Assembly (NCBI GenBank): GCA_023460515.1
Contig: JAEWPS010000011.1
Coordinates: 8,023 to 48,022 of the forward strand
Length of the DNA: 40,000 bases
Origin: Bacillota bacterium
GTDB lineage: Bacteria > Bacillota > Clostridia > TANB77 > CAG-465
Reading direction: 5' to 3'
The translations under genes were made by a program, and so were the position numbers. The notes below the pieces were generated by a model. The model made no database searches. It had not been told where the DNA came from and was given only the letters and a program-made list of their open reading frames with translations. This document shows, one piece after another, positions 1 through 10,022 of the stretch. Numbering within the stretch: position 1 is the stretch's first letter; each line of letters begins with the position of its first letter.

Positions 1-683
1 CTTACTATACCATCACCAGAACATTTTTCACAAGGAGTAGGATTAAATTTACCTGTTCCATTACATTTATCGCATGTTTTAACCTGAGAAAAAGAACCCA
101 TTATAGTATTTTGAACTGTTTGTACTTTACCTTTTCCACCACATCTATCACATGTTACTGAAGATGTACCTGGTCTTGCTCCACTTCCTGAGCAATTATC
201 ACATGTTTCACTTCTTGTAACATTTATTTCTTTACTTGTACCAAAAACTGCTTCCTCAAAAGTTATATGCATGTTATATCTTAAATCTGCACCTTTTGAT
301 GGTCTATCTGCTTTACTAGATGAAAATCCACCACCAAAAATACCGCCTAAAATATCTTCAAGATCTATATCCATACCACCACTAAATCCAGAAAAATCGA
401 AGCCACCAAATCCGCCGCCATAACCTCCAGCTCCTCCACCAAAACCTGCATTTTCAAAATTAGACCCAAATTGATCATATTGTGCACGTTTTTGTTTATC
501 TGAAAGTACTGAATAAGCTTCACTTATTTGTTTAAACTTCTCTTCAGCTGCTTTTTTATCTTCACCATCATGAGAATCCGGATGATATTTCTTTGCTAGT
601 TGTCTATATGCCTTTTTTAGTTCTTCATCTGTTGCGGTTTTACTTACTCCAAGCATTTCATAATAGTCTTTAGAACCAGCCAT
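1..683 (-). CDS. dnaJ: Chaperone DnaJ, N-terminal ~227 codons (gene runs off the window start)
   Basis: Absent from the ORF track because it is open at the edge. Reverse translation from ATG at 683..681 gives [36 protein letters not shown] (J domain with HPD). A Gly/Phe-rich stretch follows, then four CxxCxGxG zinc-finger repeats ([32 protein letters not shown]). It lies directly downstream of dnaK. Confidence 0.92.
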   Translation of the reverse strand, partial: MAGSKDYYEMLGVSKTATDEELKKAYRQLAKKYHPDSHDGEDKKAAEEKFKQISEAYSVLSDKQKRAQYDQFGSNFENAGFGGGAGGYGGGFGGFDFSGFSGGMDIDLEDILGGIFGGGFSSSKADRPSKGADLRYNMHITFEEAVFGTSKEINVTRSETCDNCSGSGARPGTSSVTCDRCGGKGKVQTVQNTIMGSFSQVKTCDKCNGTGKFNPTPCEKCSGDGIV

Positions 684-710
684 ATTTTGCCCCCATTTCT
701 AACCTTAAAC

Positions 711-744
711 ATAAGCGGGATTTCATATTTAAATTCCCGCTTAT
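711..744 (-). terminator. Stem-loop between dnaK and dnaJ (possible partial terminator/attenuator)
   Basis: ATAAGCGGGA (711-720) pairs with TCCCGCTTAT (735-744). Only a short T run follows on the minus strand, so termination is likely partial. Confidence 0.4.
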
Positions 745-764
745 ATTTATAGTAATATCTTTAA

Positions 765-2609
765 TTATTTGTTATTTCCTTCATCTTCTACTTTATAGTC
801 TGCATCATGAACAACATTATCTGTACCTTCAGCAGTAGTTTTAGCATCAGTTGCATTTGGATCTACATTTGCACCAGCTGCTTGTGAATATAATTTTGAA
901 GATATTTCATAGAATACTTGAGTTAATTTATCGCTAGCTGCTTTTATAGCTTCAGTATCTGTAGTTTCAAGTGCTTTTTTTACACTTTCAAGTTCAACTT
1001 CAACTTTAGCTTTTTCTTCAGCAGATATTTTACCTTCTAATTCTTTTAATGTTTTTTCAGTATTATATACTAATGAATCTGCATTATTTCTTGCTTCAAC
1101 TTCATCTTTTTTCTTTTTATCTTCATTACTATGTGATTCAGCCTCTTTAACAGCTTGTTTTATTTCGTCTTCTGTTAAATTTGTACTTGCTGTTATAGAT
1201 ATTTTTTGTTCATTATTTGTTGCCATATCTTTAGCTAAAACATGAACTATACCATTAGCATCTATATCAAATGTAACTTCAACTTGAGGTACTCCTCTAG
1301 GAGCTGGAGGTATTCCAGTTAAACTAAATCTACCTAAAGTTTTGTTATATGCTGCTATTTCTCTTTCACCTTGTAATACATGTACTTCAACTGATGTTTG
1401 ACCATCTGCAGCTGTACTAAATATTTGAGATTTTTTAGTTGGTATTGTTGTATTTCTTTCAATTAATTTTGTGAAAATACCACCATATGTTTCAATACCT
1501 AGTGATAAAGGAGTAACATCAAGAAGTACTAAATCTTTAACTTCTCCTGTTAAAACACCACCTTGAATTGCTGCACCAATTGCAACACATTCATCAGGAT
1601 TAATACCCTTATATGGTTCTTTTCCTGTTATTCTTTTTACTGTTTCTTGTACAACTGGAACTCTTGTAGATCCACCAACAAGTAATATTTTATCTATTTT
1701 ATCAAATGTTAAACCAGAATCTTTCATAGCTTGGTTAACAGGTCCAACTGTTGCTTCAACTAAATCTGAAATTAATTCTTCAAATTTAGATCTAGATAAT
1801 GTAATGTCTAAATGTTTTGGTCCTGAACTATCTGCAGTTATGAATGGAAGATTAATTTGAGCTTGCATAACTCCAGAAAGTTCTATTTTAGCTTTTTCTG
1901 CTGCTTCTCTTAATCTTTGCATTGCCATATTATCTTTAGATAAATCTATTCCATTTTCCTTTTTAAATTCAGATACTAAATGGTCTACTATTCTTTGATC
2001 GAAATCATCTCCACCAAGTCTATTATTTCCTGATGTAGACATAACTTCAAATACACCATCACCAATATCAAGTATAGATACATCAAATGTACCACCACCT
2101 AGGTCATAAACCATTATTTTTTGCTCAGCATCTTTATCAAAACCATGAGCTAAAGCTGCAGCTGTTGGTTCATTTATTATTCTTAAAACATCAAGTCCAG
2201 CTATTCTTCCTGCATCTTTTGTTGCTTGTCTTTGAGAATCACTAAAATATGCTGGTACAGTTATAACTGCTTCTGTTATTTTTTGTCCCAAATAATTTTC
2301 TGCATCTGTTCTTAATTTTTGTAATATCATAGCAGATATTTCTTGAGGTGTATATTCTTTACCTTCAATTTTTACTCTTTTATCTGTTCCCATATCTCTT
2401 TTAATAGATGATATTGTTCTTTCATGATTTGTAACCGCCTGTCTTTTTGCTATTTGACCTACTAATCTTTCACCGTTTTTAGCAAATGCAACTATTGATG
2501 GAGTTGTTCTTCCACCCTCTGCATTTGGTATAACTGTTGCTTCACCATTTTCAATTACAGAAACACATGAGTTTGTTGTTCCTAAATCAATTCCTATTAC
2601 TTTTGACAT
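765..2609 (-). CDS. dnaK: Chaperone DnaK (Hsp70)
   Basis: [16 protein letters not shown]..., [10 protein letters not shown] and the full Hsp70 architecture are present. I place the start at ATG 2609..2607, preceded by GGAGGAATATATT. The ORF-track start at 2669 adds 20 non-conserved residues. Confidence 0.97.
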   Translation of the reverse strand: MSKVIGIDLGTTNSCVSVIENGEATVIPNAEGGRTTPSIVAFAKNGERLVGQIAKRQAVTNHERTISSIKRDMGTDKRVKIEGKEYTPQEISAMILQKLRTDAENYLGQKITEAVITVPAYFSDSQRQATKDAGRIAGLDVLRIINEPTAAALAHGFDKDAEQKIMVYDLGGGTFDVSILDIGDGVFEVMSTSGNNRLGGDDFDQRIVDHLVSEFKKENGIDLSKDNMAMQRLREAAEKAKIELSGVMQAQINLPFITADSSGPKHLDITLSRSKFEELISDLVEATVGPVNQAMKDSGLTFDKIDKILLVGGSTRVPVVQETVKRITGKEPYKGINPDECVAIGAAIQGGVLTGEVKDLVLLDVTPLSLGIETYGGIFTKLIERNTTIPTKKSQIFSTAADGQTSVEVHVLQGEREIAAYNKTLGRFSLTGIPPAPRGVPQVEVTFDIDANGIVHVLAKDMATNNEQKISITASTNLTEDEIKQAVKEAESHSNEDKKKKDEVEARNNADSLVYNTEKTLKELEGKISAEEKAKVEVELESVKKALETTDTEAIKAASDKLTQVFYEISSKLYSQAAGANVDPNATDAKTTAEGTDNVVHDADYKVEDEGNNK

Positions 2610-2703
2610 AATATATTCCTCCTTAAAATTCATATTAATTACTACTTTTTCTTTAGTTGTTATATACAATTTTATGATAAATCATAAAATAAATATTCAA
2701 TTT

Positions 2704-3258
2704 TTAGTTAGCTACTTTTACCATTGAATGTCTTATTACTTTATCGCCTATTCTATAGCCTTTTCTAAATACTTCAATAATTTCTTTTTCACTAAACTGT
2801 TCATTTTCTTCATGCATTACAGCTTCATGTAGATTTGGATCAAATGTTGTACCTATATCTGGTACTATTTCTAAACCTTGTTTAGTTAAAGATTCTTTTA
2901 TTTGATTATATATCATTATAATTCCATCTTTATACTTTTCATCTGAACATTCGGTTTCTATAGCCTTTTCAAGGTTATCTAATATCGGTAACAAATCCTC
3001 TATAATATCCGAGGTAACAGATATATAAAGATTATCCTTTTCTTTAGTCATACGTTTTTTAAAATTATCAAACTCTGCCATATTTCTTTTTAAGTGTTCA
3101 AAATATTCATCAGCTTTTTTACGTTGTCCTTCTAAATCATCATTTAACTTTTTTATATAATCTTCTTTATCAATTTCGGCCATATTATTAGCATCTTCTA
3201 GTATTTCTTCATTAATTTCTTTTCTTATTTCTTCTTTAGCTTTTTCGTTATTACTCAC
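2704..3258 (-). CDS. grpE: Nucleotide exchange factor GrpE
   Basis: Acidic coiled-coil N-terminus and a C-terminal GrpE signature (FDPNLHEAV...GYRIGDKVIRHSMVKV). It sits between hrcA and dnaK. Confidence 0.93.
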   Translation of the reverse strand: MSNNEKAKEEIRKEINEEILEDANNMAEIDKEDYIKKLNDDLEGQRKKADEYFEHLKRNMAEFDNFKKRMTKEKDNLYISVTSDIIEDLLPILDNLEKAIETECSDEKYKDGIIMIYNQIKESLTKQGLEIVPDIGTTFDPNLHEAVMHEENEQFSEKEIIEVFRKGYRIGDKVIRHSMVKVAN

Positions 3259-3289
3259 AAAAACACCTCCTTCAAATCTATATCAATTA

Positions 3290-4303
3290 TTATTTATCCT
3301 TTGAAAATATATTTTTAACCTTATCATTTATATATTTTAATGTAGACACTGTTTTAGAATAATCTAATCTTTTTGGACTTACTACAGATATTTTACCAAT
3401 ATATCCATCGTCATTTGCTATATTAAGTGAAATTATACTATAATCTTTAAGCATAATTTCTTCATTTTCTGAACCAATTACAATTCCAAGCTCTTTATTT
3501 TGAATCTTATCTATAACTGTATCAACAGTATTTTTTGTAGACAACATATTAATAAAATTTTTAGCTTTTTCTATATCCGAAAATTCTGGTAAGTTTAATA
3601 TTGATTCTAGATTATTACTACTAATTAATTTATTTTCTCCTGAAATTTCATACTTTATACCTTCACATATTTTCTCCAAAACGCTAGAATATACTTTTAA
3701 CTCTTTAGAAATAATTGAAGATAATGCATTATATAATTTTTCAATTGGAGTACCTTGTAAATTAGTGTTTAGAAGCTTACTGAGCTCTCTTACACTATCA
3801 TCTGGAATAGTATCTGTAAGTTTTGCTATAACATCTTTAATTGTACCATTCTCTGACATTATAATAACAAGTAATATTTTCTCAGATATCTTTAATATTT
3901 TTATACTTTCTAAAACATCTTCGTTTTTCATAGTTAAAATAGTAGGTCTATCTAAGATTTTAGATACTGTATCTGCAACTTGTTCAAATAAGTCTTCTGT
4001 ATTTCCATAACCAGTTATACTATTATTTATATAATTTATATCTAACATAGATAACTTTTTACTTATCATTAAATTATCTACATAATACCTGTAACCTTTA
4101 CTTGAAGGTATTCTTCCAGAAGATACATGAGGTTGTTCCAAATATCCAGATTCTTCTAAAAGTTTCATTTCATTTCTTATGGTAGCAGGACTATATTCTA
4201 AATTATATTTATCTGCTATAGTTTTTGATCCTACAGGTTCTGCTGATGTAATATAGTCTTCAACAACAGAAGCAAGTATCTTTTTTTTTCTATCATCTAA
4301 CAT
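3290..4303 (-). CDS. hrcA: Heat-inducible transcription repressor HrcA
   Basis: N-terminal winged-helix motif (KKILASVVEDYITSAEPVGSKTIA...SPATIRNEM..LEESGYL.QPHVSSGRIPS). It is the first gene of the hrcA-grpE-dnaK-dnaJ order, with CIRCE operators upstream. Confidence 0.93.
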   Translation of the reverse strand: MLDDRKKKILASVVEDYITSAEPVGSKTIADKYNLEYSPATIRNEMKLLEESGYLEQPHVSSGRIPSSKGYRYYVDNLMISKKLSMLDINYINNSITGYGNTEDLFEQVADTVSKILDRPTILTMKNEDVLESIKILKISEKILLVIIMSENGTIKDVIAKLTDTIPDDSVRELSKLLNTNLQGTPIEKLYNALSSIISKELKVYSSVLEKICEGIKYEISGENKLISSNNLESILNLPEFSDIEKAKNFINMLSTKNTVDTVIDKIQNKELGIVIGSENEEIMLKDYSIISLNIANDDGYIGKISVVSPKRLDYSKTVSTLKYINDKVKNIFSKDK

Positions 4304-4318
4304 ATTTAATCACCCTTT

Positions 4319-4345
4319 TTAGCACTCTGTTTGATTGACTGCTAA
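4319..4345 (-). promoter_or_regulatory. CIRCE operator 1 (HrcA binding site)
   Basis: TTAGCACTC-N9-GACTGCTAA versus the consensus TTAGCACTC-N9-GAGTGCTAA (1 mismatch). It lies immediately downstream of the -10 box. Confidence 0.85.
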
Positions 4346-4346
4346 T

Positions 4347-4375
4347 ATTCTACTACTATTATTTTTGTTTGTCAA
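4347..4375 (-). promoter_or_regulatory. Sigma-A type promoter of the hrcA operon
   Basis: On the minus strand: TTGACA (4375-4370), 17-nt spacer, TAGAAT (4352-4347). It is flanked by the two CIRCE elements. Confidence 0.6.
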
Positions 4376-4410
4376 TAGTTTATACAAAAAAAATTATATT
4401 TTTCAAAATT

Positions 4411-4438
4411 TTAGCACTCATATAATTTTTAATGCTAA
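4411..4438 (-). promoter_or_regulatory. CIRCE operator 2 (degenerate)
   Basis: The left half TTAGCACTC is perfect. The right half is TAATGCTAA (2 mismatches) after a 10-nt spacer. Confidence 0.6.
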
Positions 4439-4440
4439 AT

Positions 4441-4486
4441 TAACAGAAAAATAACACTAGAAATTAATTAATTTCCAGTGTTATTT
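4441..4486 (-). terminator. Rho-independent terminator after the 169-aa gene
   Basis: 17-bp stem (4449-4465 / 4470-4486, one mismatch) with a 4-nt loop and a T-rich tail on the minus strand. Confidence 0.6.
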
Positions 4487-4500
4487 TTAAATTTTATTTT

Positions 4501-5010
4501 TTAAACAAAACTTAATTCATTATATTTTGTAATGGAAGCTTTTAATTCCTCTAGCGTCTTATTAATAAAATAATAACCTGAATAATGCGCTCCCCATATC
4601 CAGCAATCATCTGAGAATTCAATAATAAATGATTGAGTAATAGATTTAACTGATGGCAAAGAAGCCCCTAAATATCTTCCGCTATAATCTACACGTTGAT
4701 ATTGAAATCTGATATCCTCAACATCTTGAAAATAAATTTTTTCTTTGATTGTCACATTGTCAAATATATAGGTTCTATTTACTTTATCCAATTCATAAGA
4801 TTCTTCAGTTAACTGAAATTGACTCCTGTTTTTGAATGTAATTAAGGGCATAAGTTCATTTAATACAATATACTTTTCAAAATTACACATTGCATCTTTA
4901 ATTTTTAAATACGTTATTTGAGGTTCAATAGATTTGGTAAATAATATCCGAAGCTTATCTGCATTTCCCGCATCATTTAACCATTTAAATAAATCCACTC
5001 TTTCTTCCAT
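4501..5010 (-). CDS. Hypothetical protein, 169 aa, no family recognised
   Basis: Clean ORF with RBS AAGGAGG 8 nt upstream. It has its own promoter and terminator. No TM segment or signal peptide is evident. Confidence 0.7.
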   Translation of the reverse strand: MEERVDLFKWLNDAGNADKLRILFTKSIEPQITYLKIKDAMCNFEKYIVLNELMPLITFKNRSQFQLTEESYELDKVNRTYIFDNVTIKEKIYFQDVEDIRFQYQRVDYSGRYLGASLPSVKSITQSFIIEFSDDCWIWGAHYSGYYFINKTLEELKASITKYNELSFV

Positions 5011-5059
5011 TTATAATCCTCCTTAAAATTTTAAATAGGTTATTATTAATAATGTATAT

Positions 5060-5088
5060 ATTATATCATAAACATGCTATTTTTTCAA
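5060..5088 (-). promoter_or_regulatory. Putative promoter of the 169-aa gene
   Basis: Minus strand: TTGAAA (5088-5083), 17 nt, TATAAT (5065-5060). Confidence 0.5.
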
Positions 5089-5199
5089 TGCCTAATATGC
5101 ATAATTATGTAAATTAAAATTGAATAATTAAAATGTTTGATCTTATAAACTCGATTAATAACAAATTTGAAACGTTTTTTCTTACTTACGCATTCTCCT

Positions 5200-5844
5200 T
5201 TATTTTTCTAAATTGTATACAAAGTCTACATCATTAGAAATGTTTTGTGAATGAGTAACTATTATAATACATTTGTCATCTTTTTGTGCTAAATCTTTAA
5301 AAATCTGCACAACTTGTTTTTCATTTACAGTATCTAAATTCCCTGTTGGTTCATCTGCAAGTATAACATCAGGATTATATGATAATGTCCTTGCTATAGC
5401 AACCCTTTGCTGTTCTCCACCAGATAGTCTAAGAACTCTTCTATTTGCTTTTTCTTCGTCCAAACCAACTTTAGCTAGCATTTTTAATGCATGTTCTTTT
5501 TTATTAGCTACTTTTACATGAGATATATCCATTGATAGTTCGACATTTTCAAGTGCTGTAAGGTGTGGAAGTAAATTTAAACTTTGAAATACAACTCCTA
5601 TGTTATTACTTCTATATTTATTTTCATTAATTTTAGATATATCTATATCATTATATAATATTTTACCAGACTTTGGCGAATCTAGTCCAGACATAAGTGA
5701 TAACAAAGTTGTTTTACCAGTTCCAGATTTTCCTACTATAGCATATGTTTTTCCTTTTTCAAATTCATAATTTATATTATCTAAAACTAGATTTTTACCA
5801 TTATCATATGAATAGCATAAATTTTCTATTTTAAATACGCTCAT
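5200..5844 (-). CDS. ABC transporter ATP-binding protein (MacB/LolD/FtsE-like)
   Basis: Walker A GKSGTGKTT, signature LSGGEQQRVAIAR, Walker B ILADEPTGNLD and an H-loop (VTHS). Confidence 0.9.
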   Translation of the reverse strand: MSVFKIENLCYSYDNGKNLVLDNINYEFEKGKTYAIVGKSGTGKTTLLSLMSGLDSPKSGKILYNDIDISKINENKYRSNNIGVVFQSLNLLPHLTALENVELSMDISHVKVANKKEHALKMLAKVGLDEEKANRRVLRLSGGEQQRVAIARTLSYNPDVILADEPTGNLDTVNEKQVVQIFKDLAQKDDKCIIIVTHSQNISNDVDFVYNLEK

Positions 5845-5857
5845 TTATTTATCTCCT

Positions 5858-7339
5858 TTACGTTCTATTACTTAATATTTTAAGTGGTGTATATCTTGAT
5901 ATAAATATCATTGAAATACTACTACTTATAATTGTTAAAATAATTCCTATACCTGCTAATTCCAATATTATTTTGAAATCAACAACTGCATTTATTTTAT
6001 CTATATAATCTACATTTGAATTATTTCCAAATATATTCATCATATTATTTCTTACTTTACTTCCATCATTAGTACCTGGACCTCTTCCGAAATTTTCATT
6101 TACTTGTGTTTGTGCACTTTCTTGTGAAGATATCTCACTTTGTAGCATATAATTGGCAACTGGAACTGATGCCACTGACCCTATAGTACTACCAAGTATA
6201 ATTGAAATACTTGTAACCATTAATAACTCTATTACAAACTGAGAAAGTACCATACGTTTTTTCATGCCAATTGCTCTTAAAACACCTATCTCATATTTTC
6301 TTTCACGTATGTTTAACATATTAAGAATAACAAGTATACTACCACCTATTAATAATACAATAATTAGGAATGTAGTAGCAAAAGAAGATAAATTTTTAAG
6401 TGGTGCAATACTTTGATTAAAACTCTCTAAATTTGTTGAAACTGTATAATAATCACTTAACCCTTTTACTTTAAGTTCTGATGTAAAAGCATCTACTACG
6501 TCAGCACTTACCAAATTAAATGTTGCATTAGTTTGAATATTTAATTTACTGCCTTCTACCTCATTAGATTTAGTTGCTATATTATTTAATGTGTTATATG
6601 TAGTTAAAATTTGATTTGCAGAATTACTAAACATACTAAATTCTCCACTTTCAGATGTATCTTCATAAATACCTGTAACAGTGAATGTATAAGTTTCAGC
6701 TTCATTATTTGGGTTATTTAATTTAAATGTGCTTCCAACCTTCAAGTTGTTTTCTTCAGCTAGCTCAGTAGATATAACACAAGAATTAGATGAATCTATA
6801 CCAAAGATTTCTCCGTCTGTTATTTTATAAGTAGAATTTATGAACTGAGTCATAGCATCTAAACTATTATAACCAATTATTCTAAAATTTCCAGACGAAC
6901 TTTCAATAGTACTTACCAATCTACCTGGTATTTGTTTACTATCTGTAGTTGCAGTATCTGTTACTTTTGTTAAATCTGCTGAATTCATATTTGTCTGTAT
7001 AGACATTAGATAACTACTAACATAATCTGAGGTCCCATATTTCATAATATCCTCAGCTGTAATATTTTGTACATTTGACATAAATGCCTTTGGATCAAAG
7101 TTTGCTGGTTTTTCTGTACTTCCTCCTTTAGCATCATTTCTAAGTGCACCTCTGTCTAGTGAGAGCTGCGCTGTTACTTTATATGAATCTAAATAACTTT
7201 TTTCAACTTCATTTGCTGAATTTTTAATAGATAATGCGATGCAACAAGCAATCGCTATAACAGTAATTATTATACCTATTAATACATTTCTTGTTTTTGA
7301 TCTTGTAATACTTTTAAATGCATTTTTTATTATATACAT
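5858..7339 (-). CDS. ABC transporter permease, FtsX/MacB type
   Basis: N-terminal TM helix, a large extracytoplasmic domain, and a C-terminal FtsX-like helix bundle (ERKYEIGVLRAIGMKK...). It lies directly upstream of the ATPase gene. Confidence 0.85.
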   Translation of the reverse strand: MYIIKNAFKSITRSKTRNVLIGIIITVIAIACCIALSIKNSANEVEKSYLDSYKVTAQLSLDRGALRNDAKGGSTEKPANFDPKAFMSNVQNITAEDIMKYGTSDYVSSYLMSIQTNMNSADLTKVTDTATTDSKQIPGRLVSTIESSSGNFRIIGYNSLDAMTQFINSTYKITDGEIFGIDSSNSCVISTELAEENNLKVGSTFKLNNPNNEAETYTFTVTGIYEDTSESGEFSMFSNSANQILTTYNTLNNIATKSNEVEGSKLNIQTNATFNLVSADVVDAFTSELKVKGLSDYYTVSTNLESFNQSIAPLKNLSSFATTFLIIVLLIGGSILVILNMLNIRERKYEIGVLRAIGMKKRMVLSQFVIELLMVTSISIILGSTIGSVASVPVANYMLQSEISSQESAQTQVNENFGRGPGTNDGSKVRNNMMNIFGNNSNVDYIDKINAVVDFKIILELAGIGIILTIISSSISMIFISRYTPLKILSNRT

Positions 7340-7411
7340 AAAAAATCCTCCTTTTCGCTATTATTATAATTGTGTTATGTGAAATTCCAATGTTTAAAAT
7401 GTGAAAATTAG

Positions 7412-7449
7412 ATGAATAAAGAGTCATAAATTTGAATATTTATGACTCC
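7412..7449 (-). terminator. Rho-independent terminator
   Basis: GAGTCATAAAT (7421-7431) pairs with ATTTATGACTC (7438-7448). TTTATTCATC follows on the minus strand. Confidence 0.6.
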
Positions 7450-7477
7450 TTCATTATAATTTTAATTTTTTATGTAA

Positions 7478-7651
7478 TTAACTATTTAATTTTCTTGTTT
7501 TAACGGCTGGTATTATCATAAGTAGTATTGCAATAATTAGTATTGGTATATATATGTAGTCTGCTATTTCCACTATAAATCTATCAATAATTGACGTAAT
7601 TACATAAATTATTATACCTATAGAGGTTAAAACATTTACCTTTTCTTTCAT
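7478..7651 (-). CDS. Small hydrophobic protein, 57 aa (not in ORF track)
   Basis: Own translation: MKEKVNVLTSIGIIIYVITSIIDRFIVEIADYIYIPILIIAILLMIIPAVKTRKLNS, with two predicted TM helices. RBS GAGGGA lies 6 nt upstream. It sits 21 nt after the ABC-F stop and before the terminator at 7412-7449. Confidence 0.4.
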   Translation of the reverse strand: MKEKVNVLTSIGIIIYVITSIIDRFIVEIADYIYIPILIIAILLMIIPAVKTRKLNS

Positions 7652-7672
7652 AAGACTTCCCTCATCTCATTT

Positions 7673-9139
7673 TTACAATTTAACTTTTTTAGTCGCTATT
7701 TTATTTACAAATGTTTCATCATGTTCAACAAATATCATAGTTGGATTATATTTTAATATTACATTTTCTATTTGTACTCTAGATTGTATATCTATAAAAT
7801 TCAATGGTTCATCCCATATATATAAATCTGCAGATTCTGTTATACTTTTAGCTATTAAAACTTTTTTCTTTTGTCCTTCACTAAACTCTTGCATATCCTT
7901 ATCAAACTCACTATTTGAAACTCCTAGTTTAAAAAGCATAGACTTAAATATACCTTCATCTATTTTCGTTTCTTTAGCTAAATCCCTTAAAGTACCTTTC
8001 AAGTTTTCTGTTGTTTGTGATACATATGATATTTTTATATTTGTTCCCATATCAAACGTCCCAGTATAATTAATTTGTTCTCCATTTATTAATTTTAGTA
8101 TAGTTGATTTACCACTTCCATTTTTACCTATTAAACTGATTCTATCTCCTCTTTTAAGTTCAAATCTTATATCTTTACAAACAATTTTTTCTTTATAACT
8201 TATTGATAAATCTTTAATCCATAATAGAAGTTCTTTTTCATACTCGAGAGGTTTCATAGTTAAATCATCTACTCTATCAATGTTTTTTAGTAAACTAGAT
8301 TTTTCTTTTATTGCTTTTTCTTTTCTCTTTTCAATTGCCTTTGATCTTTGCATCATTTTAGCTGCTTGATGACCTATATATCCTTTATCCAAGAAACCTT
8401 CACCTATCTTGCTAGCTTCAACTTTATCTGACCAATCTGATGTATTTTTTACTGCTGTTTCTAATCTAATTATCTCTGATTTCAATTTTTTATTTTGAGA
8501 TATTTCAAAATTATCCTGATTTTCTTTATTCTCTTTCCAAGTAGAAAAATTACCTTTTTGTATTTCAATATTAGAATTGTTTATTGCAAGTATATGATCT
8601 ACCGTATTATCTAAAAGTTCTCTATCATGAGATACTAATATAAATCCTTTTTTACTATTTAGGTACTCCTGTATATTGTTTCTGGATTCATTATCTAAGT
8701 GATTTGTAGGCTCATCTATTAACAAAAAATTATTTTCTTTTAAAAATAGACTTGCAAGTAATACTTTTACTTGTTCACCTCCACTTAAAGTATTGAAATT
8801 TCTATACAAAATTTCTGGATTTGCTTTTAGTATGTTCAGTTCTTTTATAATCTGCCAATCTTCTAGAAAAGGTACTATTTCAAATATAATATCTAATGTT
8901 AATCTACTTTTATCTTTTACCTCAAAAGGGAAATAATCAAAATCTACTGTTTTAATAATAGAACCATTATATTCATATTTACCTAATAATAAATTTAAAA
9001 ATGTTGTTTTGCCTTTTCCATTTCGACCAATCAATCCAAGTTTCCAATCAGTGTCAATATTTAAAAATACATTTTCAAATACATTTTCTGTTGTTTTTTC
9101 ATAACCAAACGAAAGATTAGTAATTTGTATTTTTGACAT
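7673..9139 (-). CDS. ABC-F family ATPase, Lsa-like (putative ribosomal protection protein)
   Basis: Two ABC cassettes (GRNGKGKTT / LSGGEQVKV / LIDEPTNHLD and GKNGSGKST / FSEGQKKKV / IWDEPLNFID) are joined by a charged linker, with no TM domain. Overall collinear resemblance to Lsa from memory (LGLIGRNG.GKTT, ILVSHDR...VDHILAI, LYIWDEPLN). Start set at ATG 9139..9137 after AGGAGGTG. Confidence 0.8.
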   Translation of the reverse strand: MSKIQITNLSFGYEKTTENVFENVFLNIDTDWKLGLIGRNGKGKTTFLNLLLGKYEYNGSIIKTVDFDYFPFEVKDKSRLTLDIIFEIVPFLEDWQIIKELNILKANPEILYRNFNTLSGGEQVKVLLASLFLKENNFLLIDEPTNHLDNESRNNIQEYLNSKKGFILVSHDRELLDNTVDHILAINNSNIEIQKGNFSTWKENKENQDNFEISQNKKLKSEIIRLETAVKNTSDWSDKVEASKIGEGFLDKGYIGHQAAKMMQRSKAIEKRKEKAIKEKSSLLKNIDRVDDLTMKPLEYEKELLLWIKDLSISYKEKIVCKDIRFELKRGDRISLIGKNGSGKSTILKLINGEQINYTGTFDMGTNIKISYVSQTTENLKGTLRDLAKETKIDEGIFKSMLFKLGVSNSEFDKDMQEFSEGQKKKVLIAKSITESADLYIWDEPLNFIDIQSRVQIENVILKYNPTMIFVEHDETFVNKIATKKVKL

Positions 9140-9176
9140 ATAAAACACCTCCTTTAAAACATCTTAATATAGATTT

Positions 9177-10022
9177 TTACTTTAACTCTACGAATGAACC
9201 CATTGTCGCATAATCTGATGCATTTTCTTTTTTAAATACTCTGTATGAAAAACAAACATCACAATTACAAACCGTACATATATCAGAAAATACTATGTTA
9301 TCTTCTTTAATACCTAAATTTATTAAATCTTTTTTTATAACATAAGCTAAATCTATATAAAATTCATTATTTTCTTTATTTGTAATATATTCATCTTCTT
9401 CTTTCCATATATCAGTAAATTGTTTTTTAAATTCTAAATCTGATGAGCAAAAACAGCATTTACCAATGCTTGGGCCAACGCATATTATTATATCTTTATA
9501 GTCGCAGCCAAACTTACTATTCATCATTTTAATAGTTTTCAAATATATTTGCTTAATAGTACCTTTCCAACCACTGTGAACATTTGCCACTACATTTTTT
9601 ATTGGATCATATATAATAATTGGATTACAATCTGCAGTTGTTATAACAGTTGAAATACCTTTTTCTTTTGTTATGTAGCTATCATATTCTTCATCATTTA
9701 ATTTTTCAATTTCATATTTTTCTTTATTATTATTATCTAATACCAATATATTATCTGTATGTGCTTGAACAGCCTTATATACCTTACCTAAATTTAACTC
9801 TTTTCTTACAATATCTGTGTTTTTAAATACATTTTCTTTAGAGTCATTACCTAACATTCTAAAGTTTAGCGTAGAATATATTCCATTAGAAACTCCACCC
9901 TTTTTTAAAAAGTAGCCATACTTAAGTTTTTCTTGATACTTATTTAATATATTAAATGTAATATACTCTAAGTCACCATTTTTTACGTGAGTAATATCCT
10001 TATTAGTGAAATCTTTACTCAT
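9177..10022 (-). CDS. pgeF: YfiH/PgeF family (laccase-domain / peptidoglycan editing factor)
   Basis: Family motifs HTDN, TADCNPI, HSGWKGT and a C-terminal C...FSYR. Start set at ATG 10022 (AAGGAG 10 nt upstream). It overlaps the addA stop by 8 nt. Confidence 0.85.
   Translation of the reverse strand: MSKDFTNKDITHVKNGDLEYITFNILNKYQEKLKYGYFLKKGGVSNGIYSTLNFRMLGNDSKENVFKNTDIVRKELNLGKVYKAVQAHTDNILVLDNNNKEKYEIEKLNDEEYDSYITKEKGISTVITTADCNPIIIYDPIKNVVANVHSGWKGTIKQIYLKTIKMMNSKFGCDYKDIIICVGPSIGKCCFCSSDLEFKKQFTDIWKEEDEYITNKENNEFYIDLAYVIKKDLINLGIKEDNIVFSDICTVCNCDVCFSYRVFKKENASDYATMGSFVELK

Noticed and set aside
3765-4010. Plus-strand ORFs of 60-173 aa lying antisense inside minus-strand genes. Examples: 3765-4010, 5273-5521, 11258-11458, 11828-12064, 12704-12952, 13821-14018, 14786-15031, 17893-18081, 19084-19521, 19831-20109, 20329-20583, 24569-24796, 26175-26621, 35413-36093, 36395-36916, 37514-37696, 38278-38502. 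Also same-strand 31654-31842 and 33669-33863.
   Set aside because: All are fully embedded in well-supported genes. Their compositions are low-complexity and Ile/Leu/Ser/Phe-rich, as expected from the reverse complement of AT-rich coding DNA. None has an RBS.
4281-4289. A9/T9 homopolymer in the first codons of hrcA (R-K-K-K) as a slipped-strand phase-variation switch
   Set aside because: Lys-rich A-runs are common throughout this very AT-rich sequence and the reading frame is intact. Nothing suggests variability.
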